A stretch of DNA of 64,000 nucleotides, taken from assembly GCA_963790025.1 (NCBI GenBank), contig CAWBMP010000005.1:288001-352000 (forward strand). Reading direction: 5' to 3'. The position numbers and the translations under genes are program-made. Of the stretch, positions 30,601-39,465 are shown piece after piece. The stretch comes from Nitrospirota bacterium (GTDB taxonomy: Bacteria > Nitrospirota > Thermodesulfovibrionia > Thermodesulfovibrionales > Dissulfurispiraceae). The notes beneath the pieces were generated by a model that was not told the origin of the DNA, ran no database searches, and saw only the letters and a list, made by a program, of their open reading frames with translations. Each line of letters starts with the position of its first letter. Position 1 is the stretch's first letter.

Positions 30601-31040
30601 GGCCCGGTATACAAAGTGTTTTCAATTGAGAGTTGGATCCCGGCCTTTGCAAGGCGTTTCCCCAGTGGAGCGATCGCGTCCGCGAAGGCGGCAACCCCTT
30701 TGTCGTTATAAAAATGAATGTTGATAAGCGTTGCACCGATGTCCTGTGCGAACCCGATAGTTTTGGAGATGAGTTTGCCGGCATCTGATATGACAGGATT
30801 TGACTGCAGTGAAGCATGCACAGAGAGTCTGATATCACCAGCGAGAGCTGTGTCCCTTATGAAAATACGTGTTTCTTTGGATATGTCGCTTTCTTCCCAG
30901 CCCGCCCCAGATTCATTTTTGTCCGGAAACCATTCAAAGGCGTCAAACCTGTTAGCCATGGCATATTCGAAAGGCAGCATCAGGGAAGGCGCATGTCGGG
31001 ATGTTTGATTACCGATACGCACCCGCGCTGTTTCAATCAT
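27534..31040 (-). CDS. Phosphoglucan water dikinase (PWD/GWD3)-like protein with N-terminal TIM barrel
   Basis: GGHHRP, LPSF, PLTRIRDIAHRNDIP, QNKLHRSAGPEDL, phospho-His motif PHLAHLAVRARQ, RSSANCED...AGLYDS, QDIEG; ATG overlaps the upstream stop. Confidence 0.88.
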   Translation of the reverse strand: MIETARVRIGNQTSRHAPSLMLPFEYAMANRFDAFEWFPDKNESGAGWEESDISKETRIFIRDTALAGDIRLSVHASLQSNPVISDAGKLISKTIGFAQDIGATLINIHFYNDKGVAAFADAIAPLGKRLAKAGIQLSIENTLYTGPQDFNELFRSLRSLERTGNVGMCLDLGHANLYYATRNDYLKFVDLLDPEVPVIHIHMHENYGDCDSHLPIFTGPAGKDAAGITGFMERMNKRNFSGSIILEQWPQPEGLLNEARTRLIEIINSNSSSTSTSASASAFTSAFTPASDDFVNEIVAANRRFLSWQNRLGWVYDVLTCDTFDLNIEHLLYIAIYLRFIGTGEVPCGEEGGHHRPWHHAKMAQQIYGRLSNIITPENFFIIRKIYPWLPSFDSAFTRAEPLTRIRDIAHRNDIPGELKKEIKDTLQNKLHRSAGPEDLATSKGLLTKITAPDADYSPAFVEEFKRFHSELKEFFNAATLDERLSAIEKEIDLGPADSISAFLRAKKEIDTPQKMLTVLELLTGLRGQFCEMQKLQDETKAQKFLMADIGLEDFSFVILSRLAGRLSDHFDVLKDRKLALSSLVQAIRNLRLSGLDPEECRAIESELKSWSEKLIPADREELHEELIRLKATLDRYSRLAEDYCHKILSLFPEKAERLGRALDVAGHAIKVFGEADIRGHIVFQVSKLVDLLRKSIRTLANLPSWDIIVPGKASGRLVAAGGLGNLSDGHNGPFVALLERAEGDEEIPAWIAGIIVAHGIPHLAHLAVRARQSHVVFAACEDRGLFSELTGLAGQLVTLDAFTESVSLKISSGITAAPINTYPIEPPHVILNSAVKLLPLKEVTPENGGGKADSARRLEEMSRLEHAGLKTAAGIVIPFGVMETCLSAKPALEREYKALVGNLNRLRQSDLAGALTRLQDIINHLPVPAEIVSGVLKEFTRDERLPDRLIVRSSANCEDMRVSSGAGLYDSVANVQPSDVAPAILKVWASLWNVRAVMNRRNTGIQHERAVMAVLIQKMLVPELSFIMNTRNPVSCDPGEIYIELAVGLGETLASAATPGSPYRAVCYKETGEVRMLSFASFSHALLPGPSGGITAETIDYTGIRMSMDRSFRNLTVGRLGTVGKFVENALSGPQDIEGVISGDGIYLVQSRAQHLPSCSGAFSKKN
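30169..30240 (-). repeat. Hexamer-periodic low-complexity tract encoding a Ser/Thr/Ala interdomain linker
   Basis: gaggcaggagtaaaggcagaagtgaaggcagaagcagaagcggaagtagagg encodes SNSSSTSTSASASAFTSAFTPAS. Confidence 0.7.
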
Positions 31041-34000
31041 TTTCAAGACCGGTCTGGGGACGTGATTGCACGACATAATATTGCCCGTTCGAGTAGGCCC
31101 CCTCGATATCCTGCGGGCCACCGAGGGCCTTTTCAACAGATGTGCCGATACCGGCAATCTTTATCAGAAACTCGTTCCGGAAATTAGCGTCCCATACAAG
31201 TGCCTCTTCTGCGTAATCCAGCGTGACTTTAACAGGCTGCGGCAGCATGAAGCTGTCGTAAAGACCCGCACCGGCGTAACCGGCAAGGTCCTCGCCATTT
31301 GAATCCGAACGGAAGATCAGGCCGCCCCCCGAGCACTCAAATAGCTTGCCGGTTGCGTGTTGAATGCCCGGTAAACAGGAATAGAGACCGACACTCTTGC
31401 CCGGCAATGACAGCAGGTGCGGCCCCTGATTCCCCTTTTTGCAGACGAAGCTCAAGGCCCTTCCGGGGTAGTTTGCAACCAGTGCCTCCCCGAGTCCCAG
31501 GACAACTTCAGCATAAACTTCGTCGTTAGCGTTAGTGAAAGGGTTCACAGTATGAATCACAAAACTATAATCAGCTTCAACTATCCTCTGGATAAGGACA
31601 GCCATCATTAGGTCCTTATGAGGGACACCGCTTGCCTTACGGCTTAAGTACGCCCTTTCATTCCACTTCGAGCCCCAAACGCGCTTGATGCAGGTCCAGG
31701 CGTCATCCTGTCCTTCCTGCCGGCTTTCCGGTCCACTTTCCGGCAATCCGAGTCCGGCATTTTCCATCACTGTGCGAAGCGAGGAACTGAATTCATCAGG
31801 GGCCTCAAGGGCCAGTATTATTTTTTTTATTTCTTCCAGTAAAGCGGTATACGACATTGCCGTTTCTTCATTTAGCCGCCGTGCCAGCTCATCATGCTGT
31901 CCAGCGAGTTCTTTATTGACGGGATCGCTGAGGACCTTGTCAAAAACCCCAAAAGGCAAGGCTGCCGAAGCAGGGAGGTGTATCCAATCCGGCAGTTTGC
32001 CCTGCATGCGTTTAAGATTATTGGATTTGCCACCTGTATTTTTATCATTGAAAGCATTCATTGCTACGACGTAGACACTGAAAGGCGCAAACCCCGCCAT
32101 CGCAGACCCTAAAGAGACTTTGGCTTTTTGGGGGGTACTCATTTCTTCCCTGCTTTCTTCGAATGCGACCTCGCCGATTTCGTTTGTGCTCAGCTTTATG
32201 CGGCGGCCGCCAAGTGATTTCAGCTTGCCGATCACATCAGAGTCGTAACAAACGGCAAAGAGTATACGCACATTTCTGGCCCTGACAGCCAGATGGGACA
32301 ATACATCTATTGATGCAGGCGTTATAAGGGCGACAACTCCTTCGGGAATTTCCTCGTCGCCCCTCACATCGCCGGCAATGATGACGGTAGGGCGGCTAAA
32401 ATTCTTGCCCTGGATGGATTTTAAATTAAGCACGGTTTCAATCACCCCTGTCGTCTCATGGCCGGGACTGATCACTTGCCAGTTTCCGAGGTCTGCGCTT
32501 TTCCGCAAAACAGGATCAAGTTTGCGCAAAAGTGCCGAGAGGACAAACGCAGGTCTGCCGCGCACCACTGCTTCAGCAAAAAGCTTAATAGTCCATGGAG
32601 CTGCATGAAAGGCATTGCCGAGGGCTTCGGCTTTGGGCTGAAGGAGTTGGTAATACCGGTCAATGAAATTGCCGATGCCCCTCTGAAGGCGGTCGACAAC
32701 GGCTTTGGACTGAAGCGGCCACAGGGTGCCGGGACCGGGCATCTTGCCCAGGCGCTTAAAGTAAAGAAGACAGTTCTTAAACTCCTCGTCCGGATTTGAG
32801 AGACACAGGTTTTCAAGAGACACTTTGGTCAATCCGACGAGTTCATCTACTGTCAGCTTCCGGTCCAGGTTTTTTTCGACAACGGCCCTGAATAGGTCTT
32901 CAAGGGCCAGATCGAGAAAAAGGAGATCGCGCACAGAGCTTTGGTGCTCGCCGAGTCTGCCCGTCACCGCGTAGCGGGCCTCGGTGATCTTTTCGAGGAG
33001 TATGGGCACGTCCTCTCCGCGATCATCCCGATGCCTCCATATATAATCCATCAGGCTGTGCATTTCCGCATCAAACAGATACCGGGCATTATTAATGGAC
33101 GCTCCGAGATCGGTGCCGGAATGTACCTCCCTCAGTATTCCAAGGAAATGCTCGAAATCGTGAATGAGCGCATCTTTCAGGTGAGGAATGAACTCCGGGC
33201 TGGATATTATCGGGCGCTCATAAGTTTCCAGCCGTTTCCGCGGAACACCGCCTTCTTCGAGTCTCTTATAGAACAGATCAAGCTTCCCGTCACTTCTCAG
33301 GAATTCCAGGTAGGCCTCACATATGACGATATCGTCGGGCGTGGCGTTGTTATGGAGTTTCTGGTGCCATTCCTCCATAAAATGTCCCGCCATCTCTTTG
33401 ATGTGGTGGCGATGCATGATATTCAGTATCTCGTCGCGGACCCGCTGGGCGTCCTTCCCGGTGCCGAGCGTTGTCATCATCAGGCGGATGAACTCGCGCT
33501 CCCCCGGCTCAAGGATGTAGCGGCCCGCAAGCTTCAATGTAAGGCGGTCCATGGCATGGCCTAATTCGCGCGGTTTGGTATTATAGTTTCGCTGCCAGTC
33601 CAGTTGCCTGATATAAGAAAAGCGCAGCCAGACATAAAGAAGGGCAATGCCGTCGACGTCATTGCTTGCAATCCCGTCCAGCAGGTCGTAACAGAGATTT
33701 AACCTGTGCATCAATGTCCATGAATTGCGGCCAATTTCATTTTCGATTATTTTATCTGTAATGGCGGCAAGTTCGAGACTTTCTGAAAAAGCCTCCTGTC
33801 CGGAAGACGGAGCAACGGGTATGAAAAAGTTTTGTCCCTTATCTTTTATCCAGCGCCCTGTATCGCTTTGCTTTAGAACAAACCAGATACCCAGGGGCGC
33901 TTCGTCTTCGCTGGAATCAAGGAGCAGCAGGCTGGTACCATCGCTATAGGCGCTGTCGGCAAATGGCGTCTGGGCCGCTGTGTCCTGGAATACGGTTGTA

Positions 34001-34230
34001 CCGGGAGGCCGAAGAGAGGATTGCGGCAAAACCCATTCATGGCGCGACTTATATGCTGCTCCCCAATGCAGGATCAGGGGGCCCCGTATATCGGCAAGCA
34101 GTGCAATAATGTAATGCCTCTTGTCTTTGGTCACAACAACAGCCAGTTGCCCTTCATCAAGCCGGTACGGGCGTTCATAAACGATCTTTTCCTGATCTAC
34201 CGCTTTTTTAAGTTCTTCGATTAAAAGCAT
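31033..34230 (-). CDS. Alpha-glucan water dikinase (GWD1/R1)-like protein
   Basis: CBM45-like LILHWG...EW; RQLDWQRNYNTKPRE; RVRDEIL; EEWHQKLHNNATPDD; DVLSHLAVRARN; FRSDSNGEDLAGYAGAGLYDS; QDIEG...VVQSRPQ. Confidence 0.9.
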   Translation of the reverse strand: MLLIEELKKAVDQEKIVYERPYRLDEGQLAVVVTKDKRHYIIALLADIRGPLILHWGAAYKSRHEWVLPQSSLRPPGTTVFQDTAAQTPFADSAYSDGTSLLLLDSSEDEAPLGIWFVLKQSDTGRWIKDKGQNFFIPVAPSSGQEAFSESLELAAITDKIIENEIGRNSWTLMHRLNLCYDLLDGIASNDVDGIALLYVWLRFSYIRQLDWQRNYNTKPRELGHAMDRLTLKLAGRYILEPGEREFIRLMMTTLGTGKDAQRVRDEILNIMHRHHIKEMAGHFMEEWHQKLHNNATPDDIVICEAYLEFLRSDGKLDLFYKRLEEGGVPRKRLETYERPIISSPEFIPHLKDALIHDFEHFLGILREVHSGTDLGASINNARYLFDAEMHSLMDYIWRHRDDRGEDVPILLEKITEARYAVTGRLGEHQSSVRDLLFLDLALEDLFRAVVEKNLDRKLTVDELVGLTKVSLENLCLSNPDEEFKNCLLYFKRLGKMPGPGTLWPLQSKAVVDRLQRGIGNFIDRYYQLLQPKAEALGNAFHAAPWTIKLFAEAVVRGRPAFVLSALLRKLDPVLRKSADLGNWQVISPGHETTGVIETVLNLKSIQGKNFSRPTVIIAGDVRGDEEIPEGVVALITPASIDVLSHLAVRARNVRILFAVCYDSDVIGKLKSLGGRRIKLSTNEIGEVAFEESREEMSTPQKAKVSLGSAMAGFAPFSVYVVAMNAFNDKNTGGKSNNLKRMQGKLPDWIHLPASAALPFGVFDKVLSDPVNKELAGQHDELARRLNEETAMSYTALLEEIKKIILALEAPDEFSSSLRTVMENAGLGLPESGPESRQEGQDDAWTCIKRVWGSKWNERAYLSRKASGVPHKDLMMAVLIQRIVEADYSFVIHTVNPFTNANDEVYAEVVLGLGEALVANYPGRALSFVCKKGNQGPHLLSLPGKSVGLYSCLPGIQHATGKLFECSGGGLIFRSDSNGEDLAGYAGAGLYDSFMLPQPVKVTLDYAEEALVWDANFRNEFLIKIAGIGTSVEKALGGPQDIEGAYSNGQYYVVQSRPQTGLEND

Positions 34231-34234
34231 GTTC

Positions 34235-35743
34235 TCATGTAATGCCTTTCCTCTCGATCATCCGGAAATGATCAGCGAATATCTTGCGGAAATGAAAGCC
34301 GTATATCGAAAACGTTATGGCCAGAGGGAACAGTTTCGGATGCCTGAAAAGGGACCAGAAGAATAATCTCCAATAATAGAAACGCTCTTTCCCTATTATC
34401 CCGAGTATGAGCACAGACTTAAATCCTGCTTTAACATAGCTGTACCGCATATGGATTACATTTTTCTGGACCGGCCTGTACTCTCGCAGGAACAGTTTGA
34501 CCCGCTTATAGTAATTTTTTGGAGAATAGATTGTATCGATGATTTGTTTATAGCCTGTGATTAGTCCTTCGTAGTTCATCTTTGGAATGAAGTTCATTGA
34601 AAAGTCCGTATTGTCCCCCGACACAGCGTTCAACAACCTGTTTTCTCCGACCAACCGGTGATAGAGCTTTGTCCCACGCGGCGCATTCAGGAGTCCTACC
34701 ATTGCCGTCACAATCCCGCTCTCCTGGATGAACCCTATCATCTTCTCAAATATCGAGGCCGGGTCTTTATCAAAGCCGACGATGAACCCGGCCTGGACCT
34801 CAAGCCCGAAACTTTGTATCTTCCTGACACTCGCTATAAGGTCCCTGTTCCTATTCGGTATTTTTGTGCATTCAAGAAGGCTTTCCTCGTTGGGAGACTC
34901 GATGCCAACAAAAACAGTACTGAACTCGGCCCTCGCCATCATTTTCATGAGGTCCTCGTCGTCGGCCAGATTGATGGACGCTTCGGTCGAGAGCGTAAAA
35001 GGATGCCTCTTCAGGTCCATCCATTGGATAATCGACGGCAGTATCTCCTCTTTCAGTTTCTTCCTGTTCCCGATGAAGTTGTCGTCAACGAAGAATACCC
35101 CGCCCCTCCAGCCGAGAGAGTAAAGTTTCTCCAGTTCGCCGATTATCTGACCGTTGTTTTTTGTCCTGGGGACCCTGCCGTATAGTGAGGTTATATTGCA
35201 GAATTCGCAATCAAAGGGGCACCCCCTCGAATACTGGATATTCATGGAGGCGTAATCCTTCATGTTTATAAGCTCCCACAAGGGAATGGGCGTGGTCGTC
35301 ACATCGGCCCATTTATTCGATGTGTAGAGACTTTTGGGCCGTCCCTCTCTCAAATCGTTCAGGAACGGATGAAGCGTAATCTCCGCCTCGTTGAGCACAA
35401 GATGGTCTATGTCGGGAAACTCTTCGTGATCATTGGTAAAGAGCGGGCCTCCGGCAACCACTTTAACGCCTGCGGCCCTGCATCGTTTGATAACGGTTTT
35501 TGCCGATTCCTTCTGTATGGACATAGCGCTCAGAAAGACATAATCCGCCCACAGAAGATACTTGTCTTTCAGTTTCCGGACATTCATGTCCACGAGCTTT
35601 TTCTCCCATTCGCATGGAAGCATTGCTGCCACTGTCAGCAGCCCGAGTGGCGGATTGACGGCTTTCTTTGATATGAACTCGAGGGCATAGGAAAAACTCC
35701 AGAAGGTATCGGGATATTCCGGATATATAAGAAGGACTTTCAT
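34235..35743 (-). CDS. B12-binding radical SAM protein (DUF4070-type)
   Basis: PDTFWSF, PPLGL, SRGCPFDCEFC, FFVDDNF. Confidence 0.9.
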   Translation of the reverse strand: MKVLLIYPEYPDTFWSFSYALEFISKKAVNPPLGLLTVAAMLPCEWEKKLVDMNVRKLKDKYLLWADYVFLSAMSIQKESAKTVIKRCRAAGVKVVAGGPLFTNDHEEFPDIDHLVLNEAEITLHPFLNDLREGRPKSLYTSNKWADVTTTPIPLWELINMKDYASMNIQYSRGCPFDCEFCNITSLYGRVPRTKNNGQIIGELEKLYSLGWRGGVFFVDDNFIGNRKKLKEEILPSIIQWMDLKRHPFTLSTEASINLADDEDLMKMMARAEFSTVFVGIESPNEESLLECTKIPNRNRDLIASVRKIQSFGLEVQAGFIVGFDKDPASIFEKMIGFIQESGIVTAMVGLLNAPRGTKLYHRLVGENRLLNAVSGDNTDFSMNFIPKMNYEGLITGYKQIIDTIYSPKNYYKRVKLFLREYRPVQKNVIHMRYSYVKAGFKSVLILGIIGKERFYYWRLFFWSLFRHPKLFPLAITFSIYGFHFRKIFADHFRMIERKGIT

Positions 35744-35902
35744 TGAAAACTCCTTATGGATAAATGGACAGGTTAATACGCTCGATGGAATCGACTGAAG
35801 CGCCAACTATGACGATGAATACGGAACGTCTCACTAATGAGAATTATAACACAATTCTTCTACATTACTTGTCATTAATAGCTGAATCAAATGTTCGGGC
35901 CG

Positions 35903-37768
35903 TTAGTCCATAGATGGTTTTTGGGTTGCCGGAGGTATAAATACTCTTACTGTTGTACCCCTGCCTTCGGCCCCGGTAATCTCCACTGCCCCTCCCCAGG
36001 GATATACACGCTCTCGCATCCCTATTATGCCGAAGGATTGGGGCTTAGAAAGTTCCTCATCTGTTATGCCTTTGCCATTATCCATGACTTCCAGTATAAC
36101 CTGGTCATTGTCCCGTATTAGTCTTGCCGTTACCTTTGTGGCATTCGCATGCTTAAGGACGTTTGTCAGTCCTTCCTGAAAGATTCTGTAAAGTGCGGTA
36201 CTCCGTTCTTTGTCCAACTCGATATCCTCAGGCTCTGAGCAAAAAGTGCATTCTATCCCAATGCGTCTTTGAAATTCGTTCGCCTGCCATTCCAGTGCGG
36301 CAACAAGACCGAAATCATCCAATAACGAAGGTCTCAGCTCAGCGCAGATGCGCTTGACGGACAAGATTGCCTCATTTAGTGTATTCATCATTCCTTCGAC
36401 CTTGTCGAATACGGCCGTCTGGTCCCGGTAATTGCTTCGAAAACAACATAATTCCATCTTAATGGCCGTCAATATCTGGCCGAGTTCGTCATGAATCTCA
36501 CGCGCAATAGTTGTTCTTTCCTCTTCCCTGAAGGTAAGCAAATGAGCGGCAAGCTCACGAACTTGCTGATGCAATATTTTTAGCTCAGCTGTTTTTGCGA
36601 CTACGGTTTGTTCTATTTTGACATTTCTTCTAAAGACGCTTATCATCAGCATCGATACTGCACCTGTCAGCAGCAAACCGCTGATTAAAACCAGCACGTG
36701 GCCGTGCGTAGCCGCAACAGCGCCTGGATGAGTCACATATATTTTCCATGAGCGGCCGCCCACATCAATCATCTTTTCCGTTAGCGGCCTGTTTTGGGCC
36801 TTTTTTTCATGCGCTGTAAAGTCCATTGTTTCATCTGAATAGACGCCGAGCAGCCGTCCCGAACTGGATGCATCCATGTCTTTTATTCCTATTGACAGAC
36901 CTGCGCGCGTGAACCCTGACAATGCCCTTTCGACTATATCGCTTATCCTGAATACACCAAGAACAAAGCCGCGCAGTCCCGATGAATCAGGTACAACGCT
37001 TTCATCAAGAATTCCCGGGTTGTAAACAGGATAAAATAACAGAAAGCCGCATTGACTCGATCGTTCCTGGACCAGATTTATTCCTTCCGTGGCTGCTGAT
37101 CCTCCGATATTTATCGAGTGCCTGATCGCCTGTAATCTGGGAGCACTGGACGCCAGGTCTAAACCCAGAGCGGCTTCGTTGCCTTTATATGGTTCAAGAT
37201 AATAAACGGGTAAGTATTCTTTTCTCTTTCCTGCACGCACCATTTGCCCTTGTTCATTCAGTTCCTTTATCTCAAAGACGGGATAACCGTCTCTTTGTGC
37301 AGCCTGCTCGTATTTCTTCCTTTCGGAATAAGGAATTAACGGGACCCATTCCAACGCCTGTATGGCGGAGTTTCGAAGTAGTGTGTCCGCTATTTCATGA
37401 AATACATGCCTATCGACATCACGATTTGCGGCATAAAGACCGGCCAGGGCTTTCAGTGTTGTGACATTGGAATCAAATGCTTCTTCAAGCGCAAAAATTT
37501 GGTCTTCAGCAGCATCCTTCAGCTTTTGTTGCACCAATGCCAGTTCGGATATATATGTCTTATAGGTGCTGAAGACCGTTAAACCAACGGCCGCAATTAA
37601 AAATAACCCAAGGGAAAAAAGTTGTTTGCGTCGAAGTTTATATTTAGAGTCTGTAAACACTTGGACCTGCCCCCGAAAACTGTGCAGACCTTCACAACCA
37701 TAAGATTGCTTCGCAGTCGCCCCTCGCACAGATGGTACGCATGAAATAATTTCTCCGGTAATATACAC
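35903..37768 (-). CDS. CHASE-domain sensor histidine kinase (HisKA_3); native N-terminus uncertain
   Basis: YLEPYKGNEAALGLD (CHASE); ERTTIAREIHDELGQ; DNGKG. Confidence 0.85.
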   Translation of the reverse strand: MYITGEIISCVPSVRGATAKQSYGCEGLHSFRGQVQVFTDSKYKLRRKQLFSLGLFLIAAVGLTVFSTYKTYISELALVQQKLKDAAEDQIFALEEAFDSNVTTLKALAGLYAANRDVDRHVFHEIADTLLRNSAIQALEWVPLIPYSERKKYEQAAQRDGYPVFEIKELNEQGQMVRAGKRKEYLPVYYLEPYKGNEAALGLDLASSAPRLQAIRHSINIGGSAATEGINLVQERSSQCGFLLFYPVYNPGILDESVVPDSSGLRGFVLGVFRISDIVERALSGFTRAGLSIGIKDMDASSSGRLLGVYSDETMDFTAHEKKAQNRPLTEKMIDVGGRSWKIYVTHPGAVAATHGHVLVLISGLLLTGAVSMLMISVFRRNVKIEQTVVAKTAELKILHQQVRELAAHLLTFREEERTTIAREIHDELGQILTAIKMELCCFRSNYRDQTAVFDKVEGMMNTLNEAILSVKRICAELRPSLLDDFGLVAALEWQANEFQRRIGIECTFCSEPEDIELDKERSTALYRIFQEGLTNVLKHANATKVTARLIRDNDQVILEVMDNGKGITDEELSKPQSFGIIGMRERVYPWGGAVEITGAEGRGTTVRVFIPPATQKPSMD

Positions 37769-37805
37769 TATTTAGAATCTGTTTATAAACCGCCCGATTT
37801 TTTTT

Positions 37806-39250
37806 TGTCAAGCCAATTTAGAAATGTCCTATTTTTACCAAAATAGAAATGTCCGGTTTTTACGCTGCTGCTTTCCTCAACCTTTTCCTCAACTCTTGCC
37901 TTTTGAATATAAGGTCTTGTGATGTTCTCCAGAGATGATCTTTTGCCGGCACGCTATTTTGTGAATATCGTCTAATGGTGCTTTTCTCTTTATTCATCTT
38001 TTCCGGCCGGGCATCAATTTCTTTATACTTAATGCGCCTATCCTGGTACATTACTAACATCGTGCCGTCAATGCGTTCTTCGACTATTACTCTCGTCTTC
38101 TTTGGAAACGCCTCTTTAAGCTGATAGATTTTTTTATTGTGCCGTATAGTATTGTCATTTCCTACTGTATGCTCTGACCGTATACATAATATCCTGTTGA
38201 GGTTAAGTCCCTTTGGAATAGCCCTATGAATATCTTCCTTATGATGCGGATGAACCATAAATTTCTTATTAAAGTCAGCCCAATAATGTTCTTCCATGAA
38301 CATGTTTGCTTCTTCTATTGTGTTGGTTCCACGCAGTCGCAGTTCCTTTACCAGTCGGTCCTGTAACGTTTCATACAGCCTCTCCACGCGCCCTTTCGCC
38401 TGAGGAGAATAAGCATGAATGCGTTTTACTCCAAGTTCTGCCAATGCTCTGCCAAACTCGCTCAAGGGTTCAGTGCCGTTAATCTCGTCCTCTATGGAGG
38501 GCTCAGATGAAGATTTATAGGTCTTGTGCCTATCAAAATATACGCTCATAGGAATGCCATATTTCCTTATGTACCGCTTAAAACTGTCCATCGCAGGGAT
38601 TGTGCCCTCGTATTCATAAAACCTGCCATATACTCTGCCCGTTGCGTCATCTATATAGGCCATTAGAACACATTGTGGGCCTCTGTCTTCAAACCATTTG
38701 TGATGTGAGCCATCCATCTGCAACATTTCCCCACAATTCATTTTCCGTGGACGCCATTGTCTATGTATCTTTCTTTTTCGTCTTTTCTGCCATTCTCCTG
38801 CCTCGATAAGCCATAAGCGTAAGGTCTCATCACTTATCTTTATTTCGTCTATCTCAAAGAGCTTTTCTGCTGCCAGAGTAGGCCCAAATCCTTTATACCG
38901 CTCCTTATATAACTTGATAACCCTTTCTTTGAGCTTCCTTGGCCTTTGTCTGTTCGATTGTCTGCCGCGAGATCGGTGCCTTATTCCTGTATCCCCTTCC
39001 TCGGTTATACGTTTAACTATTCTCCTTATCTGTCTTTCACTCATTGAAATAATTTCGGCTGCCAGCCTCTGAGTTATCTCTCCTTCGATTACTTTGTGAA
39101 TTACATGCAATATCCTCAATTCCTTCTGCCGTACCATGATAATGTCCCCTTCTGCCATCCCGCCTCCCTCTCAAAAAGAGGCAGTATAGCATTACCTCAA
39201 TAGGACATTTCTAAATTGGTACTATAGGACATTATCATTTTGGCGCGACA
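37806..39250 (-). mobile_element. ISNCY/IS1202-group insertion sequence
   Basis: TGT...ACA ends; imperfect TIRs with repeated aatgtcc motifs; 16-bp direct repeat ccgcccgatttttttt at 37790-37805 and 39251-39266. Confidence 0.9.
37860..39158 (-). CDS. DDE transposase (ISNCY/IS1202-like)
   Basis: HTH; QMDGS.H.WFE; IDDATG; SPQAKGRVER. Confidence 0.92.
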   Translation of the reverse strand: MAEGDIIMVRQKELRILHVIHKVIEGEITQRLAAEIISMSERQIRRIVKRITEEGDTGIRHRSRGRQSNRQRPRKLKERVIKLYKERYKGFGPTLAAEKLFEIDEIKISDETLRLWLIEAGEWQKRRKRKIHRQWRPRKMNCGEMLQMDGSHHKWFEDRGPQCVLMAYIDDATGRVYGRFYEYEGTIPAMDSFKRYIRKYGIPMSVYFDRHKTYKSSSEPSIEDEINGTEPLSEFGRALAELGVKRIHAYSPQAKGRVERLYETLQDRLVKELRLRGTNTIEEANMFMEEHYWADFNKKFMVHPHHKEDIHRAIPKGLNLNRILCIRSEHTVGNDNTIRHNKKIYQLKEAFPKKTRVIVEERIDGTMLVMYQDRRIKYKEIDARPEKMNKEKSTIRRYSQNSVPAKDHLWRTSQDLIFKRQELRKRLRKAAA

Positions 39251-39465
39251 CCGCCCGATTTTTTTTTGTCAAGCCCGATTTTTTTGACACGTGACGAAAG
39301 TCCCTATAATGATTATTTATTACTGCGATACAAAATCCATATTAGACATAAGGACAGGTTTGTAATATGATGAGAGTGAGATCATGATTGACCGGCATTG
39401 CGGTATTTCTCCGGCTTGTGCCCGGCATTAGTAAAGCATAGATGAATTTTTCAGAAGGAGGCCAC

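Noticed and set aside
27534..34230. Annotation as ordinary PEP synthase/PPDK
   Set aside because: Domain order (His domain then C-terminal nucleotide-binding domain) and long GWD/PWD-specific blocks do not fit; there is no PEP-binding barrel at the C-terminus
27534..34230. Eukaryotic contamination as the source of the GWD/PWD genes
   Set aside because: No introns or transit peptides; overlapping start/stop junctions within a bacterial operon (read-level check still advisable)
37640..37790. Possible IS-end or palindromic-element remnants (tggacctgccccc; gattgcttcgc...cctcgc) at the kinase 5' end
   Set aside because: No partner end or target duplication could be identified; too degenerate to call
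39284..39310. TTGACA...TATAAT promoter for the molybdoenzyme operon
   Set aside because: Spacing is only 15 nt, so it is not called with confidence
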